Source of the DNA: Minisyncoccota bacterium
Lineage (GTDB): Bacteria > Patescibacteriota > Minisyncoccia > Phycocordibacterales > UBA9973
Direction: 5' to 3'
DNA length: 64,000 nucleotides
Assembly (NCBI GenBank): GCA_041674285.1
Contig: JBAYVZ010000001.1
Span: 165,129 to 229,128, forward strand
Made by a program: the position numbers and the translations under genes. Every line of letters starts with the position of its first letter. Position 1 is the first letter of the stretch. A model generated the notes under the pieces. That model was not told where the DNA came from. It searched no databases and saw nothing but the letters and a program-made list of their open reading frames with translations. Shown here piece after piece: positions 45,738-54,681 of the stretch.

Positions 45738-46486
45738 TATATTTTACTTCCTACTTCTATGCCTAGATTTTTTGATGCATTTTGTCTCTGTAATACTATC
45801 TCGATAAATCTTTTATCTTTATATCCGGAGCTACCTTTTGTAAAGTATGCCTTGCCGTCTTTTGGTACATCGGTGAGTCTCTCGATAAAATCATAATCAG
45901 ATGTAGAGTTTCTCAATTCTTGATCGTGCTCGTATACGATAGTAGTCTTGCAGTTACCAAAGCAATCCACATACCAGACAAAATTGTCATTACCAAAATC
46001 AAAGATCTCCCCTATTTTTGCATTTATATCTTTACCTTGGAAAATCCAATTTGTAAGATGAGGTAGATATTCATAGCTTCGGAATTGTGATTCAGATATT
46101 CTCCTAGCTTCCTCCTCTGGTAGGAACTGACTACATACAGTATATACATCAGTCTCCTGTATTTCCGACATGAGACCGAGCTTCTTTGCGAGAGTAAAAC
46201 AATTTGGCGTACCTACTACGGTGATGTTTCCAGCCTTACCAAAACAAAACGGTATACCATTTGGGTATTTATCTTTAGTTCCGCGTGGAGCTACATTCAC
46301 CACGATGATACCCGATGTACCACTGTAGGCATCCAGTGCATCGACTAGACAGCCGGCAGCTTCTAGATCGTGTGATACTCCTATGAAATTTAAATTAGCA
46401 CTATCACCTATTAGTGATTTGTATCTTATCTCTTGGCGTCCACGAGCATTTGCATCAGCACAGTCTGAAATAATAGTTATCTGCAT
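45737..46486 (-). CDS. SAM hydrolase / SAM-dependent halogenase-like protein (DUF62 family); tentative
   Basis: N-terminus MQITIISDCAD (compare the TDFG start of DUF62 proteins) and a C-terminal VDCFGNCKTT motif (compare D-x-FGN-x-x-TN). About 250 aa. Confidence 0.4.
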   Translation of the reverse strand: MQITIISDCADANARGRQEIRYKSLIGDSANLNFIGVSHDLEAAGCLVDALDAYSGTSGIIVVNVAPRGTKDKYPNGIPFCFGKAGNITVVGTPNCFTLAKKLGLMSEIQETDVYTVCSQFLPEEEARRISESQFRSYEYLPHLTNWIFQGKDINAKIGEIFDFGNDNFVWYVDCFGNCKTTIVYEHDQELRNSTSDYDFIERLTDVPKDGKAYFTKGSSGYKDKRFIEIVLQRQNASKNLGIEVGSKI

Positions 46487-46489
46487 ATA

Positions 46490-47512
46490 TTATCCTAGGT
46501 ATTTTGCTATCAATTCATTTGCCTTTGCAGGATTTGCTTTTGCCTCTAGTAGTGCAGTCATCATCAGTGGAGCTACGATTGTAGCATCACTCTCGACTAC
46601 GAACATAGGTGTATCTTGGGTGAGTTTATCCCAAGTGATTTTTTCATTTGGAGTAGCTCCAGAGTATGATCCGTATGATGTAGTAGAATCAGAGATCTGA
46701 CAGAAGTATGCCCATGGCTTTGCAGGTAGCTCCATGTCGTATTTAAGAGATGGCACTACGCAAATTGGGAAATCTCCGGCTATACCTCCACCGATTTGGA
46801 AGAATCCGATACCAGCACCTTCTGAAAGCTTTTGATATTGATCATAAAATTCACCCATGTATTCAATACCTGACTTTGCGATTAGGGCACTCGCATCACC
46901 ATGCTTTACATGAGATGCAAAGATGTTTCCAAAAGTAGAATCTTCGTATCCTGGGACTACTATAGGTAGATTGTGTTCTGCTGCAGCTAATAGCCAGCAT
47001 TCTTCAGCTTTACCTTCATGCTTTTCCTTGTCTAGGGCCTGGATAAGCTCATAGAAATATTCATGCCAAAAACGGCGCTCATTGTTCTTTGTAGCATTTT
47101 CCCACATTGGTACGATATGCTTTTCAACAGCACGAAAAGCCTCATCCTCGGGGATACTAGTATCTGTCACACGGCGCATACGATTCTCCAGGATCTTTGT
47201 ATCGTCTTCTTTTGTAAAGTAACGATAATCAGGAAAGTCTTTATAGCTACTATGCGCAACAAGGCGAAATAGTGACTCTTCTAAGTTCGCACCCGTCACA
47301 GACATGCCATGTATTAGTCCTGCACGGATAGCCGGAGCCAGAGTGATACCTAGCTGAGCAGAAGACATAGCTCCAGCCACAGCCCAAAACATCTTTCCCC
47401 CATTCTCTATATGGCGCCAATATGCGATAGTCGCATCACGAGTAGCACGTGAATTAAAGTTCTTGTAATTCTTAAGGATAAATTCTAATGTTGGTAATTG
47501 TGTGTTTTCCAT
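46490..47512 (-). CDS. Deoxyhypusine synthase-like protein (DHS / homospermidine-synthase-like NAD-dependent aminobutyl transferase family)
   Basis: AGAMSSAQLG...GLIHGMSVTGANLEESL aligns with the DHS NAD-binding core. 340 aa. Confidence 0.55.
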   Translation of the reverse strand: MENTQLPTLEFILKNYKNFNSRATRDATIAYWRHIENGGKMFWAVAGAMSSAQLGITLAPAIRAGLIHGMSVTGANLEESLFRLVAHSSYKDFPDYRYFTKEDDTKILENRMRRVTDTSIPEDEAFRAVEKHIVPMWENATKNNERRFWHEYFYELIQALDKEKHEGKAEECWLLAAAEHNLPIVVPGYEDSTFGNIFASHVKHGDASALIAKSGIEYMGEFYDQYQKLSEGAGIGFFQIGGGIAGDFPICVVPSLKYDMELPAKPWAYFCQISDSTTSYGSYSGATPNEKITWDKLTQDTPMFVVESDATIVAPLMMTALLEAKANPAKANELIAKYLG

Positions 47513-47545
47513 GCAAAAATTATACTCCGAAAATACCCTAAACGC

Positions 47546-47577
47546 AATTCTCCGCCAACATTGTGGCGGAGAATTTA
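47546..47577. terminator. Hairpin terminator downstream of pth
   Basis: ATTCTCCGCCAACA-ttg-TGGCGGAGAAT. Confidence 0.6.
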
Positions 47578-48138
47578 TTAGTTGTATTTTGTCATCGCTT
47601 TTTCGTAACCCTGAGATACTGTAGTGGTCAAAATATCAGAGACTAAGGGTGAGATATATTTTTCTAGAATATCCAACTCTTCTTTAGAGAAATTACCGAG
47701 CACATCCGGCTTGCGCAGAGTGCCAGTGTTATCGAGTATCGATACACCTACACGTATACGTACAAATTCCCGAGATGAGAGCTGTGCCATTATAGATTTG
47801 ATACCATTATGTCCACCATCACCTCTATCATGAGATATCTTTATCTTGCCGAGTGGTAGGTCTATATCATCTTGTACTACGATGATATCATTGTTTGTAA
47901 AATTATATTCTTTGACTAGATACGGGAGGATATTACCAGTATCATTCATAAAAGTCTCAGGTTTTGCAAAAATTATATCCTCATCAGATAGATTAATATG
48001 AGCCAAATTTGAATTCGCATATTTATTAAAACTCCAATCAAGATTTTTATTTAAATTATCAAAAACAATCCAAGCCACATTGTGCCTGGTGTGTGCATAT
48101 TTTTCTCCTGGGTTACCCAGACCGATAATTAATTTCAT
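47578..48138 (-). CDS. pth: Peptidyl-tRNA hydrolase
   Basis: MKLIIGLGNPGEKYAHTRHNVAW and a DLPLGKIKI...GGHNGIKS motif. Confidence 0.9.
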   Translation of the reverse strand: MKLIIGLGNPGEKYAHTRHNVAWIVFDNLNKNLDWSFNKYANSNLAHINLSDEDIIFAKPETFMNDTGNILPYLVKEYNFTNNDIIVVQDDIDLPLGKIKISHDRGDGGHNGIKSIMAQLSSREFVRIRVGVSILDNTGTLRKPDVLGNFSKEELDILEKYISPLVSDILTTTVSQGYEKAMTKYN

Positions 48139-48238
48139 TTTTAAATTTTACCAAAAATTGATAAAACTAGCTAATTTGAATCATGACACATACCCTCCTA
48201 TTCCGTCAAATATATTTATGTGGTAAAATAGCATATAT

Positions 48239-48847
48239 ATGGAAAATAATACCGAAGAAACAAAGGTAATTTTGAAAAAAGACAAAAAAGCATGGATTAA
48301 AGAACAATTACTCAATATTTGGGATCTGGTCAAATTTATGGCCCTAGCTCTTATAATAGTCATCCCTATCCGTACATACATAGCTCAGCCATTTATAGTA
48401 TCGGGTGAATCCATGGTCCCGACATTCCAAGACGGAGAATACCTCATCGTAGACGAGCTCTCTTATAATATGGGTAATATAAAGCGTGGAGATGTTGTCA
48501 TCTTTAAATACCCACATGACCCATCTAGATATTTTATTAAAAGAATCATAGGCTTACCGAATGAAAAAATAGAGATATCAGGTCAAAAAGTAAAGATCGA
48601 GAACAAAGCAAATCCAGATGGATTTATCATAGATGAACCATACATAAATGAAAATTTTTCGACTAATGAAAAATACGACACAGGACCCAATGGATACTTT
48701 GTAATGGGAGACAACAGAAACAGAAGCTCAGATTCAAGAGTATGGGGTGTAGTTGATAAGAAATTTTTAATAGGCAGGGCTTATCTTCGACTACTACCAT
48801 TTAATTCGATAGACTATCTACCAGGAGAATATAACCAAGAAAAATAA
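48239..48847 (+). CDS. lepB: Signal peptidase I
   Basis: TM anchor; catalytic Ser (SGESMVPT) and Lys (RGDVVIF) boxes; GDNRNRSSDSR box. Confidence 0.88.
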   Translation: MENNTEETKVILKKDKKAWIKEQLLNIWDLVKFMALALIIVIPIRTYIAQPFIVSGESMVPTFQDGEYLIVDELSYNMGNIKRGDVVIFKYPHDPSRYFIKRIIGLPNEKIEISGQKVKIENKANPDGFIIDEPYINENFSTNEKYDTGPNGYFVMGDNRNRSSDSRVWGVVDKKFLIGRAYLRLLPFNSIDYLPGEYNQEK

Positions 48848-48848
48848 A

Positions 48849-50150
48849 ATGAGTACACCAAATAAAAAAACAAATAAAGAAGCACCCGTATCTGTAAAAG
48901 GTATGCGTGATTTTATAGATGAGCAGTACTACCTATACCAGGGTTTTTTTGAAAAAGCACAAGAGATAGCTGTTTACTACGGATTCAAGCCAATCAAAAC
49001 TCCAATAGTCGAATTCAAGGATGTATACACAGCCGGAGTCGGTGAAGGTACAGATATCGTAGACAAAGAAATGTACAACTTCAAGACAAAGGGTGGCGAC
49101 GAGCTCGCTCTGCGCCCAGAAGGTACCGCGGGTGCTATGCGTGCGTATATAGAGCACGGAATGCAATCACTACCTCAGCCAGTGATGCTCTACTACTATG
49201 GACCATTCTTTCGTCATGACAATCCTCAGCGTGGTCGCTATCGTGAGCTACATCAATTCGGCCTGGAGATCATGGGTACAGAAAAGAGTATCGCTGACGC
49301 ATTAATAATAAAGACTACCATTGCCATACTAGAAGAAGTAGGAGCCAAGAATCTTGTTGTAGATATAAATTCTATTGGAGACAAGGAGTCTCGACCTGCA
49401 TATGTAAAAGAGCTAGTAAATTATTACAAAAAGCACCTCAATGAACTAGGCGCTATAGACAAAGATAGACTCAAGACAAATCCACTACGAATACTAGATT
49501 CCAAGGACCCAAAGACTATATTGGTAAATGAAGGGGCCCCCGATGCCGTATCTTTTTTGACTGGTGATTCAAAAAAGCACTTCAAGCAAGTATTAGAGTA
49601 CCTAGAAGAGATGGGCGTACCCTATCGCATAAACAAGAATCTAGTTCGAGGTCTTTCTTATTACACTCACACAGTGTTTGAGATTATAGAGATACCCGAA
49701 GATGAAGGTCTCCCACCACTAACTATCGCTGGAGGTGGTCGCTACGACTACCTAGCTCGCATGCTCGGTAGCAAGAAGGATGTGCCTAGTATGGGTGTAG
49801 GTATTGGAGTAGATAGAGTCATCGAGTCACCTTGGTACAACAGACCTCTACCTAGAGTATCGAAGAAGCCAAAGATGTATTTTATCCAGTTAGGATTTGA
49901 AGCAAAACTAAAATCACTAAATGTTATAGAGATATTACGTAAGGCCAAGATACCAATAGCCCAATCTTTGTCAAAAGACAGCCTAGGATCACAGTTAGCT
50001 GTCGCTGAGAAGATGGGACTACACTACGCTATTATTTTTGGACAAAAAGAGGCAATGGAAAATACAGTTATCGTCCGAGATATGACTACTCGATCCCAAG
50101 AGACAGTCAAGATATCCAAACTCCTTGATTACGTAAAGAATCTAAAATAA
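48849..50150 (+). CDS. hisS: Histidyl-tRNA synthetase
   Basis: Class II motifs (FRHDNPQRGRYREFHQ, GGGRYDYL) and a C-terminal anticodon-binding domain. Confidence 0.9.
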   Translation: MSTPNKKTNKEAPVSVKGMRDFIDEQYYLYQGFFEKAQEIAVYYGFKPIKTPIVEFKDVYTAGVGEGTDIVDKEMYNFKTKGGDELALRPEGTAGAMRAYIEHGMQSLPQPVMLYYYGPFFRHDNPQRGRYRELHQFGLEIMGTEKSIADALIIKTTIAILEEVGAKNLVVDINSIGDKESRPAYVKELVNYYKKHLNELGAIDKDRLKTNPLRILDSKDPKTILVNEGAPDAVSFLTGDSKKHFKQVLEYLEEMGVPYRINKNLVRGLSYYTHTVFEIIEIPEDEGLPPLTIAGGGRYDYLARMLGSKKDVPSMGVGIGVDRVIESPWYNRPLPRVSKKPKMYFIQLGFEAKLKSLNVIEILRKAKIPIAQSLSKDSLGSQLAVAEKMGLHYAIIFGQKEAMENTVIVRDMTTRSQETVKISKLLDYVKNLK

Positions 50151-50153
50151 ATT

Positions 50154-50690
50154 ATGGCAGTTGAAATTGTACAAAATGGGCACCCCGTATTGAGAGAAAT
50201 AGCAAAAGCTATCCCAATAAAAGACATTCAATCCGAAAAAGTCCAAAAGATTTTAAAAGATATGTCAAAAGCATTAGCATCCCAAGATGATGGGGTGGCT
50301 ATTGCTGCACCTCAGATTGCAGTAGCTTTACGTATATTTACTATTTCTGGTCGTGTATTTGATGATGAATTTATACGAGGAGAAAAGAACCTAAAAGAAA
50401 AGAAACATAAAGACGTAGTCTGTATAAACCCTATATTTAAAAAAGTATCTAAAGATAAAAAATTAATGGCCGAAGGCTGTCTATCTGTACGACCACTATA
50501 TGGCAAGGTCCGTCGTGCTACTCGCGCAACCATAGAGTCCTATGACGCAGAAGGTATCAAATTTACACTTGATGGCACAGGACTTCTGGCTCATATATTT
50601 CAACACGAGATAGATCACCTAGACGGAATACTGTTTATAGACAAAGCAAAAGACATACACGAATCAGACGGTGAGGGTGAATTTTCATAA
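50154..50690 (+). CDS. def: Peptide deformylase
   Basis: Motifs GVAIAAPQI, EGCLSV and HEIDHLDG, the three PDF boxes. Confidence 0.9.
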   Translation: MAVEIVQNGHPVLREIAKAIPIKDIQSEKVQKILKDMSKALASQDDGVAIAAPQIAVALRIFTISGRVFDDEFIRGEKNLKEKKHKDVVCINPIFKKVSKDKKLMAEGCLSVRPLYGKVRRATRATIESYDAEGIKFTLDGTGLLAHIFQHEIDHLDGILFIDKAKDIHESDGEGEFS

Positions 50691-51523
50691 TGAAAAATAA
50701 TGATAAAAAATTTGTATTTTGGGGTACACCAGATGTAGCTAGTCGCACATTGGATATTTTGTATAGTGCGGGTTTTACCCCAGAGCTGATAGTCACATCA
50801 CCCGATGCTCCATCAGGACGCGGTATGAGCATGACAGCATCCCCTGTATCAGCATGGGCAGAGGAAAAGATGATAGATTGTATTAAACCAGAAAAGATAG
50901 ACGATGAATTCATCAAAACTATATCTGAATACAAAGCTGATCTATTCATCGTAGTAGCCTATGGAAAGATATTGCCTCAAAGCATTATAGATATGCCAAA
51001 ATTTGGCACTATAAATATACATTATTCACTACTACCACTATATCGCGGTGCATCACCAGTAGAGAGCGCACTATTGAGTGGTGACAAAGTCACTGGCATA
51101 TCCATACAACAGATGGCATTTAAAATGGATGCCGGAGACATCATAGATGAAAAAGAAATCAATATAGATATCACAGATACAAAGAGTACTCTCCGCAGTA
51201 AACTCATACAATCAGGAGGAGACCTACTAGTATCCATACTGCCAGATATCTTTACGCAAAGAATAACACTAAAAAAACAAGACGAATCAAAAATTACTTA
51301 TTGTAAAAAGATTAAAAAAGAAGATGGATTGATAAATCTTTCCGATGATAATTTTACAAATTACAATAAATACAGAGCTTATGAAGGATGGCCTAGTGTA
51401 TTCTTTATGTTAGACGGCAAGAGAATAAAAATAAAAAAAGCAAAGTATGAAGATGAAAAATTTGTAATTGAGAGAGTGGTACCCGAAGGTAAAAAAGAAA
51501 TAGATTTTAAATTACTAAAATAA
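50690..51523 (+). CDS. fmt: Methionyl-tRNA formyltransferase
   Basis: FWGTPDVA N-terminus, formyltransferase core (INIHYSLLPLYRGASPV), a short C-terminal domain, and a 1-bp overlap with def. Confidence 0.85.
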   Translation: MKNNDKKFVFWGTPDVASRTLDILYSAGFTPELIVTSPDAPSGRGMSMTASPVSAWAEEKMIDCIKPEKIDDEFIKTISEYKADLFIVVAYGKILPQSIIDMPKFGTINIHYSLLPLYRGASPVESALLSGDKVTGISIQQMAFKMDAGDIIDEKEINIDITDTKSTLRSKLIQSGGDLLVSILPDIFTQRITLKKQDESKITYCKKIKKEDGLINLSDDNFTNYNKYRAYEGWPSVFFMLDGKRIKIKKAKYEDEKFVIERVVPEGKKEIDFKLLK

Positions 51524-51556
51524 AATCTCTCATTTATAAATGAGAGATTTTATTTT
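51523..51556. terminator. Bidirectional hairpin terminator between fmt and the convergent permease gene
   Basis: AAAATCTCTCATTT-ataaa-TGAGAGATTTT followed by ATTTT. Confidence 0.75.
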
Positions 51557-52764
51557 CTTGTAAATGCTTCTTTTGGAGAGAGTCCTGCTGCGCGGTGTGC
51601 TGGCCACCATCCAGATACGAAACCGATAAGGATAGAGAATCCCATGATGAGCAGTACGAACCAAAACGGTACTACGAATAGTTCTAGAGACTCCCCTCCG
51701 AATCTTCTAGCCACAGCAGAGAGCAGGAAGTTAAACAGCTGTCCCAATCCAAATCCGATAGTCACACCTCCGACACCCCCCAGGAATCCCATAAATGATG
51801 CTTCTACGAGGAACAGATTTCGGACATCATAATCAGTAGCTCCGATAGATTTCAATATACCCACCTCGTATATACGTTCCAGGAATGCCACGAGCATTGT
51901 ATTGAACATTCCAATAGCTGACACGATCAGAGCTGTCACCCCAAAAACTCCAAGAACCATTGTGATGATATTGGTGATTTTACGAGCTTGGGTCACCAAG
52001 TCAATACGAGCAGACACAAGCAAGCCTTGTGAGATTAATTTATCACGCAGACCTTCAAGCGTATCAATATCTTTTGCTTTTACCAATGCCTTGCGGTAAA
52101 ATGGCGGATCTCTAGGAAATATTGTGGAATACACCATAGATGTAGGTTGCAAGTTTTCATCAACAACTACACCTTGCAGTGGTAGCGTCTCCACAAAAAA
52201 AGTTTCCTCTTCTGCTAGGTCGACTTTTTCATCTTGAAAAGAAACTTTTAAAGTAAAAGGTTTATCAATCAAAATAGGTTCTATTGGTAAACCTAGAGCA
52301 GATAATGTCTGGCTAGATACTATAGTTCCTTTATTATTTATATCTAAAACCTTACCAATGTTTGGAGTTAACCCAGCAAGACGAAAATAAGATGGCTCAA
52401 TTATCTGAGTATTTACTATCAAACCAGACGTACCCTCAGCACTTATTTCCCCTGGAAATTCAGCTACAGGACTCACCTCGGCTACATCTGGGGAGCTTCT
52501 TAATTCATCGATAAAAGATTTTTTAATTAAAATATTACTCTCTGTAGGATAAGATACTTCCATGGTTATCAGGGAGTCCTCTGTAGTCACCAATTTGCCG
52601 ATCAATATATACTGCAATCCATATCCAAGAGAAACGAGCAGTAGCACCGTCGCAATACCCACAGACATACCCATGATCGTCAAAAAAGCTCTCTGCGGTT
52701 TCGTACGGAAAGATCTAAAAGAAAGAGTTATAAGCTCATTAAATTTTAATTGCTTGTCTAACAT
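51550..52764 (-). CDS. ABC transporter permease, FtsX/MacB-like (4 TM plus a large extracytoplasmic domain)
   Basis: N-terminal TM helix, a periplasmic domain of about 200 aa, and a C-terminal 3-TM FtsX-like domain (GVFGVTALIVSAIGMFNTM ... ILKSIGAT). Confidence 0.75.
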   Translation of the reverse strand: MLDKQLKFNELITLSFRSFRTKPQRAFLTIMGMSVGIATVLLLVSLGYGLQYILIGKLVTTEDSLITMEVSYPTESNILIKKSFIDELRSSPDVAEVSPVAEFPGEISAEGTSGLIVNTQIIEPSYFRLAGLTPNIGKVLDINNKGTIVSSQTLSALGLPIEPILIDKPFTLKVSFQDEKVDLAEEETFFVETLPLQGVVVDENLQPTSMVYSTIFPRDPPFYRKALVKAKDIDTLEGLRDKLISQGLLVSARIDLVTQARKITNIITMVLGVFGVTALIVSAIGMFNTMLVAFLERIYEVGILKSIGATDYDVRNLFLVEASFMGFLGGVGGVTIGFGLGQLFNFLLSAVARRFGGESLELFVVPFWFVLLIMGFSILIGFVSGWWPAHRAAGLSPKEAFTRK

Positions 52765-52770
52765 AGTTTA

Positions 52771-54207
52771 TTATATTTTTTTCAAGTTTACATCTTGAAC
52801 TTCAGAGACACCACTAGAAACAGTTGGATTTGCAGTAGAACCACTCTTTACATTATCAACTATTATACCCTCGAGCACAAGCTCCAATTTATCACCAAAT
52901 ATTTTTGCTGCACGAAAAGATAAACCTAACCCCCCTCTGGAGATAGATAGTGTCAGGAGATCGACAACTTTTGTTCTTGATATAAAGTTACGTATACGAT
53001 CAGAGACTATCTGAGTGAGGGCTTTAACCTCGGGGTTAGTGAGCTCGCGAGTATACCCCTCTACGAGCCAATTACGGAGATTTTGAACTTCATAGAACAT
53101 ATCCACTTCTGGATTCTTTTCCATCATCCTATGAATTCTCCTCATATCACGCCTTCTAGATATCACATCTTCTACGTAGAACAAAACTTTGTCAGCCTTT
53201 TTGTCTTTGAGGCCCAGACCATTTTGATTAAATGATGCCAACAATAACCTCTTGAAGTCTATAGTATCTATCTTATTGGCAAATCTGTATTTTACGATAG
53301 ATTCGAATCTAGACATCTCTTCTAGTGAATATCCACTCATGAGGAAGTTTGCTAACTGATGAGCAGTTATATCATCCCCTGTCGTCTCATCAATTTTTTC
53401 ATCTTTTTTAGGATCAATTAGTGGTTCTATTTTAGGTGGAGAGACTGTCTTTTTATCGTCCACAAATGAAAGCTGGGCATTCATATGCGACACGACAGAC
53501 TCTTCTAGGGTCTTTGGTGTTACGTGTTCCACTTCAGTAACAGAACCATCTTTCATGTGATAGATAGTCTTTACATCACGCAGACTCCAGGCTTCGTGGG
53601 TAACCATGATTATAGTTCTACCATCTTTTTCATTTAGCTCTTTCAAAAATTCCAAAACTTTTTTAGCGTTTACAGAGTCGAGGTTTCCGAGTGGTTCGTC
53701 GGCGATTATTATCGGTGGGTCATTAGCGAGAGCTCTTGCTATACCTACACGCTGCTGTTGACCTCCAGACAATTCAAAAGGGTAACGATTTGCATATTCC
53801 GTTAGAGCCAGACGTTCTAATAATTTTGCAGCTTCTACATCAGCTTTTTCTGATGATATACCTACGAATAGCATAGGCAATGCTACATTTTTCAAAACAG
53901 TTAAAGATGGTACGAGGTTGAACTGCTGAAAGACTATACCTATCCCAGTCTGTCGAAATATAGCCAATTCTTGATTAGTCAGTGTCGAGATATCTTTATC
54001 ATTTATATGTATAGTACCTTCTTGGAAGTGATCAATTCCAGATATAGCGTAGAGCATGGTTGTCTTACCACAACCAGATGGACCGAAAAAAGCGACATAG
54101 TCACCTCTGGCTATATCTATGGTGATATTCTTTAGGGCTTTTACTTCAATATCTTTCCCCTTTTCATACCACAAACTTACATTGTTTAACTTAATTATTG
54201 GTTCCAT
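52771..54207 (-). CDS. ABC transporter ATP-binding protein (MacB/LolD-type) with a C-terminal extension of about 240 aa of unknown function
   Basis: Walker A GPSGCGKTT, Q-loop, signature LSGGQQQRVGIARAL, Walker B IIIADEPLGNLD and H-loop VTHE. About 240 further residues are unrecognised. Confidence 0.8.
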   Translation of the reverse strand: MEPIIKLNNVSLWYEKGKDIEVKALKNITIDIARGDYVAFFGPSGCGKTTMLYAISGIDHFQEGTIHINDKDISTLTNQELAIFRQTGIGIVFQQFNLVPSLTVLKNVALPMLFVGISSEKADVEAAKLLERLALTEYANRYPFELSGGQQQRVGIARALANDPPIIIADEPLGNLDSVNAKKVLEFLKELNEKDGRTIIMVTHEAWSLRDVKTIYHMKDGSVTEVEHVTPKTLEESVVSHMNAQLSFVDDKKTVSPPKIEPLIDPKKDEKIDETTGDDITAHQLANFLMSGYSLEEMSRFESIVKYRFANKIDTIDFKRLLLASFNQNGLGLKDKKADKVLFYVEDVISRRRDMRRIHRMMEKNPEVDMFYEVQNLRNWLVEGYTRELTNPEVKALTQIVSDRIRNFISRTKVVDLLTLSISRGGLGLSFRAAKIFGDKLELVLEGIIVDNVKSGSTANPTVSSGVSEVQDVNLKKI

Positions 54208-54637
54208 GCATTTTGTCTGTGAATAAAATTATTTCTTTAGGCATTATCTCGCCTTTTGCAAGATACCCATCTACTCCCAATTTCAATGCCTCTTCTTTCA
54301 AGATTTCATCTTTTTGACCAGAATAAATAATTATATTTATATTGGAATAATCTTTATTTTTCTTGATACGACTGATGAACCCCAAAGATAATGCCATCTG
54401 GTACGCAGGAGCACTGCACCCTGCCCCCTTTGAAGACATCAGAACATCTAGGAATATTGTATCGGGTCGAGTCTTTGGGTCTTTTAATATATCTTCTGCT
54501 TTCTCAAGAGAAGAGACCATAATTATTTCGTATTTATTACTCTTGCCGTGTATCCAGAATATATCACGAAAATATATACGCATCATTTCGTCATCATCCA
54601 CAAGTAGTATTTTTATTTTCTTTTGATTATTTTCCAT
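54191..54637 (-). CDS. Stand-alone response-regulator receiver (CheY-like) protein
   Basis: KILLVDDDEMMRIYF with an Asp in FLDVLM and a conserved Lys near the C-terminus. No output domain. It overlaps the ABC ATPase gene by 17 bp. Confidence 0.7.
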   Translation of the reverse strand: MENNQKKIKILLVDDDEMMRIYFRDIFWIHGKSNKYEIIMVSSLEKAEDILKDPKTRPDTIFLDVLMSSKGAGCSAPAYQMALSLGFISRIKKNKDYSNINIIIYSGQKDEILKEEALKLGVDGYLAKGEIMPKEIILFTDKMHGTNN

Positions 54638-54681
54638 TTAGATTAAAATTATTTTTACTATTTAATTATAACAAATATAGA

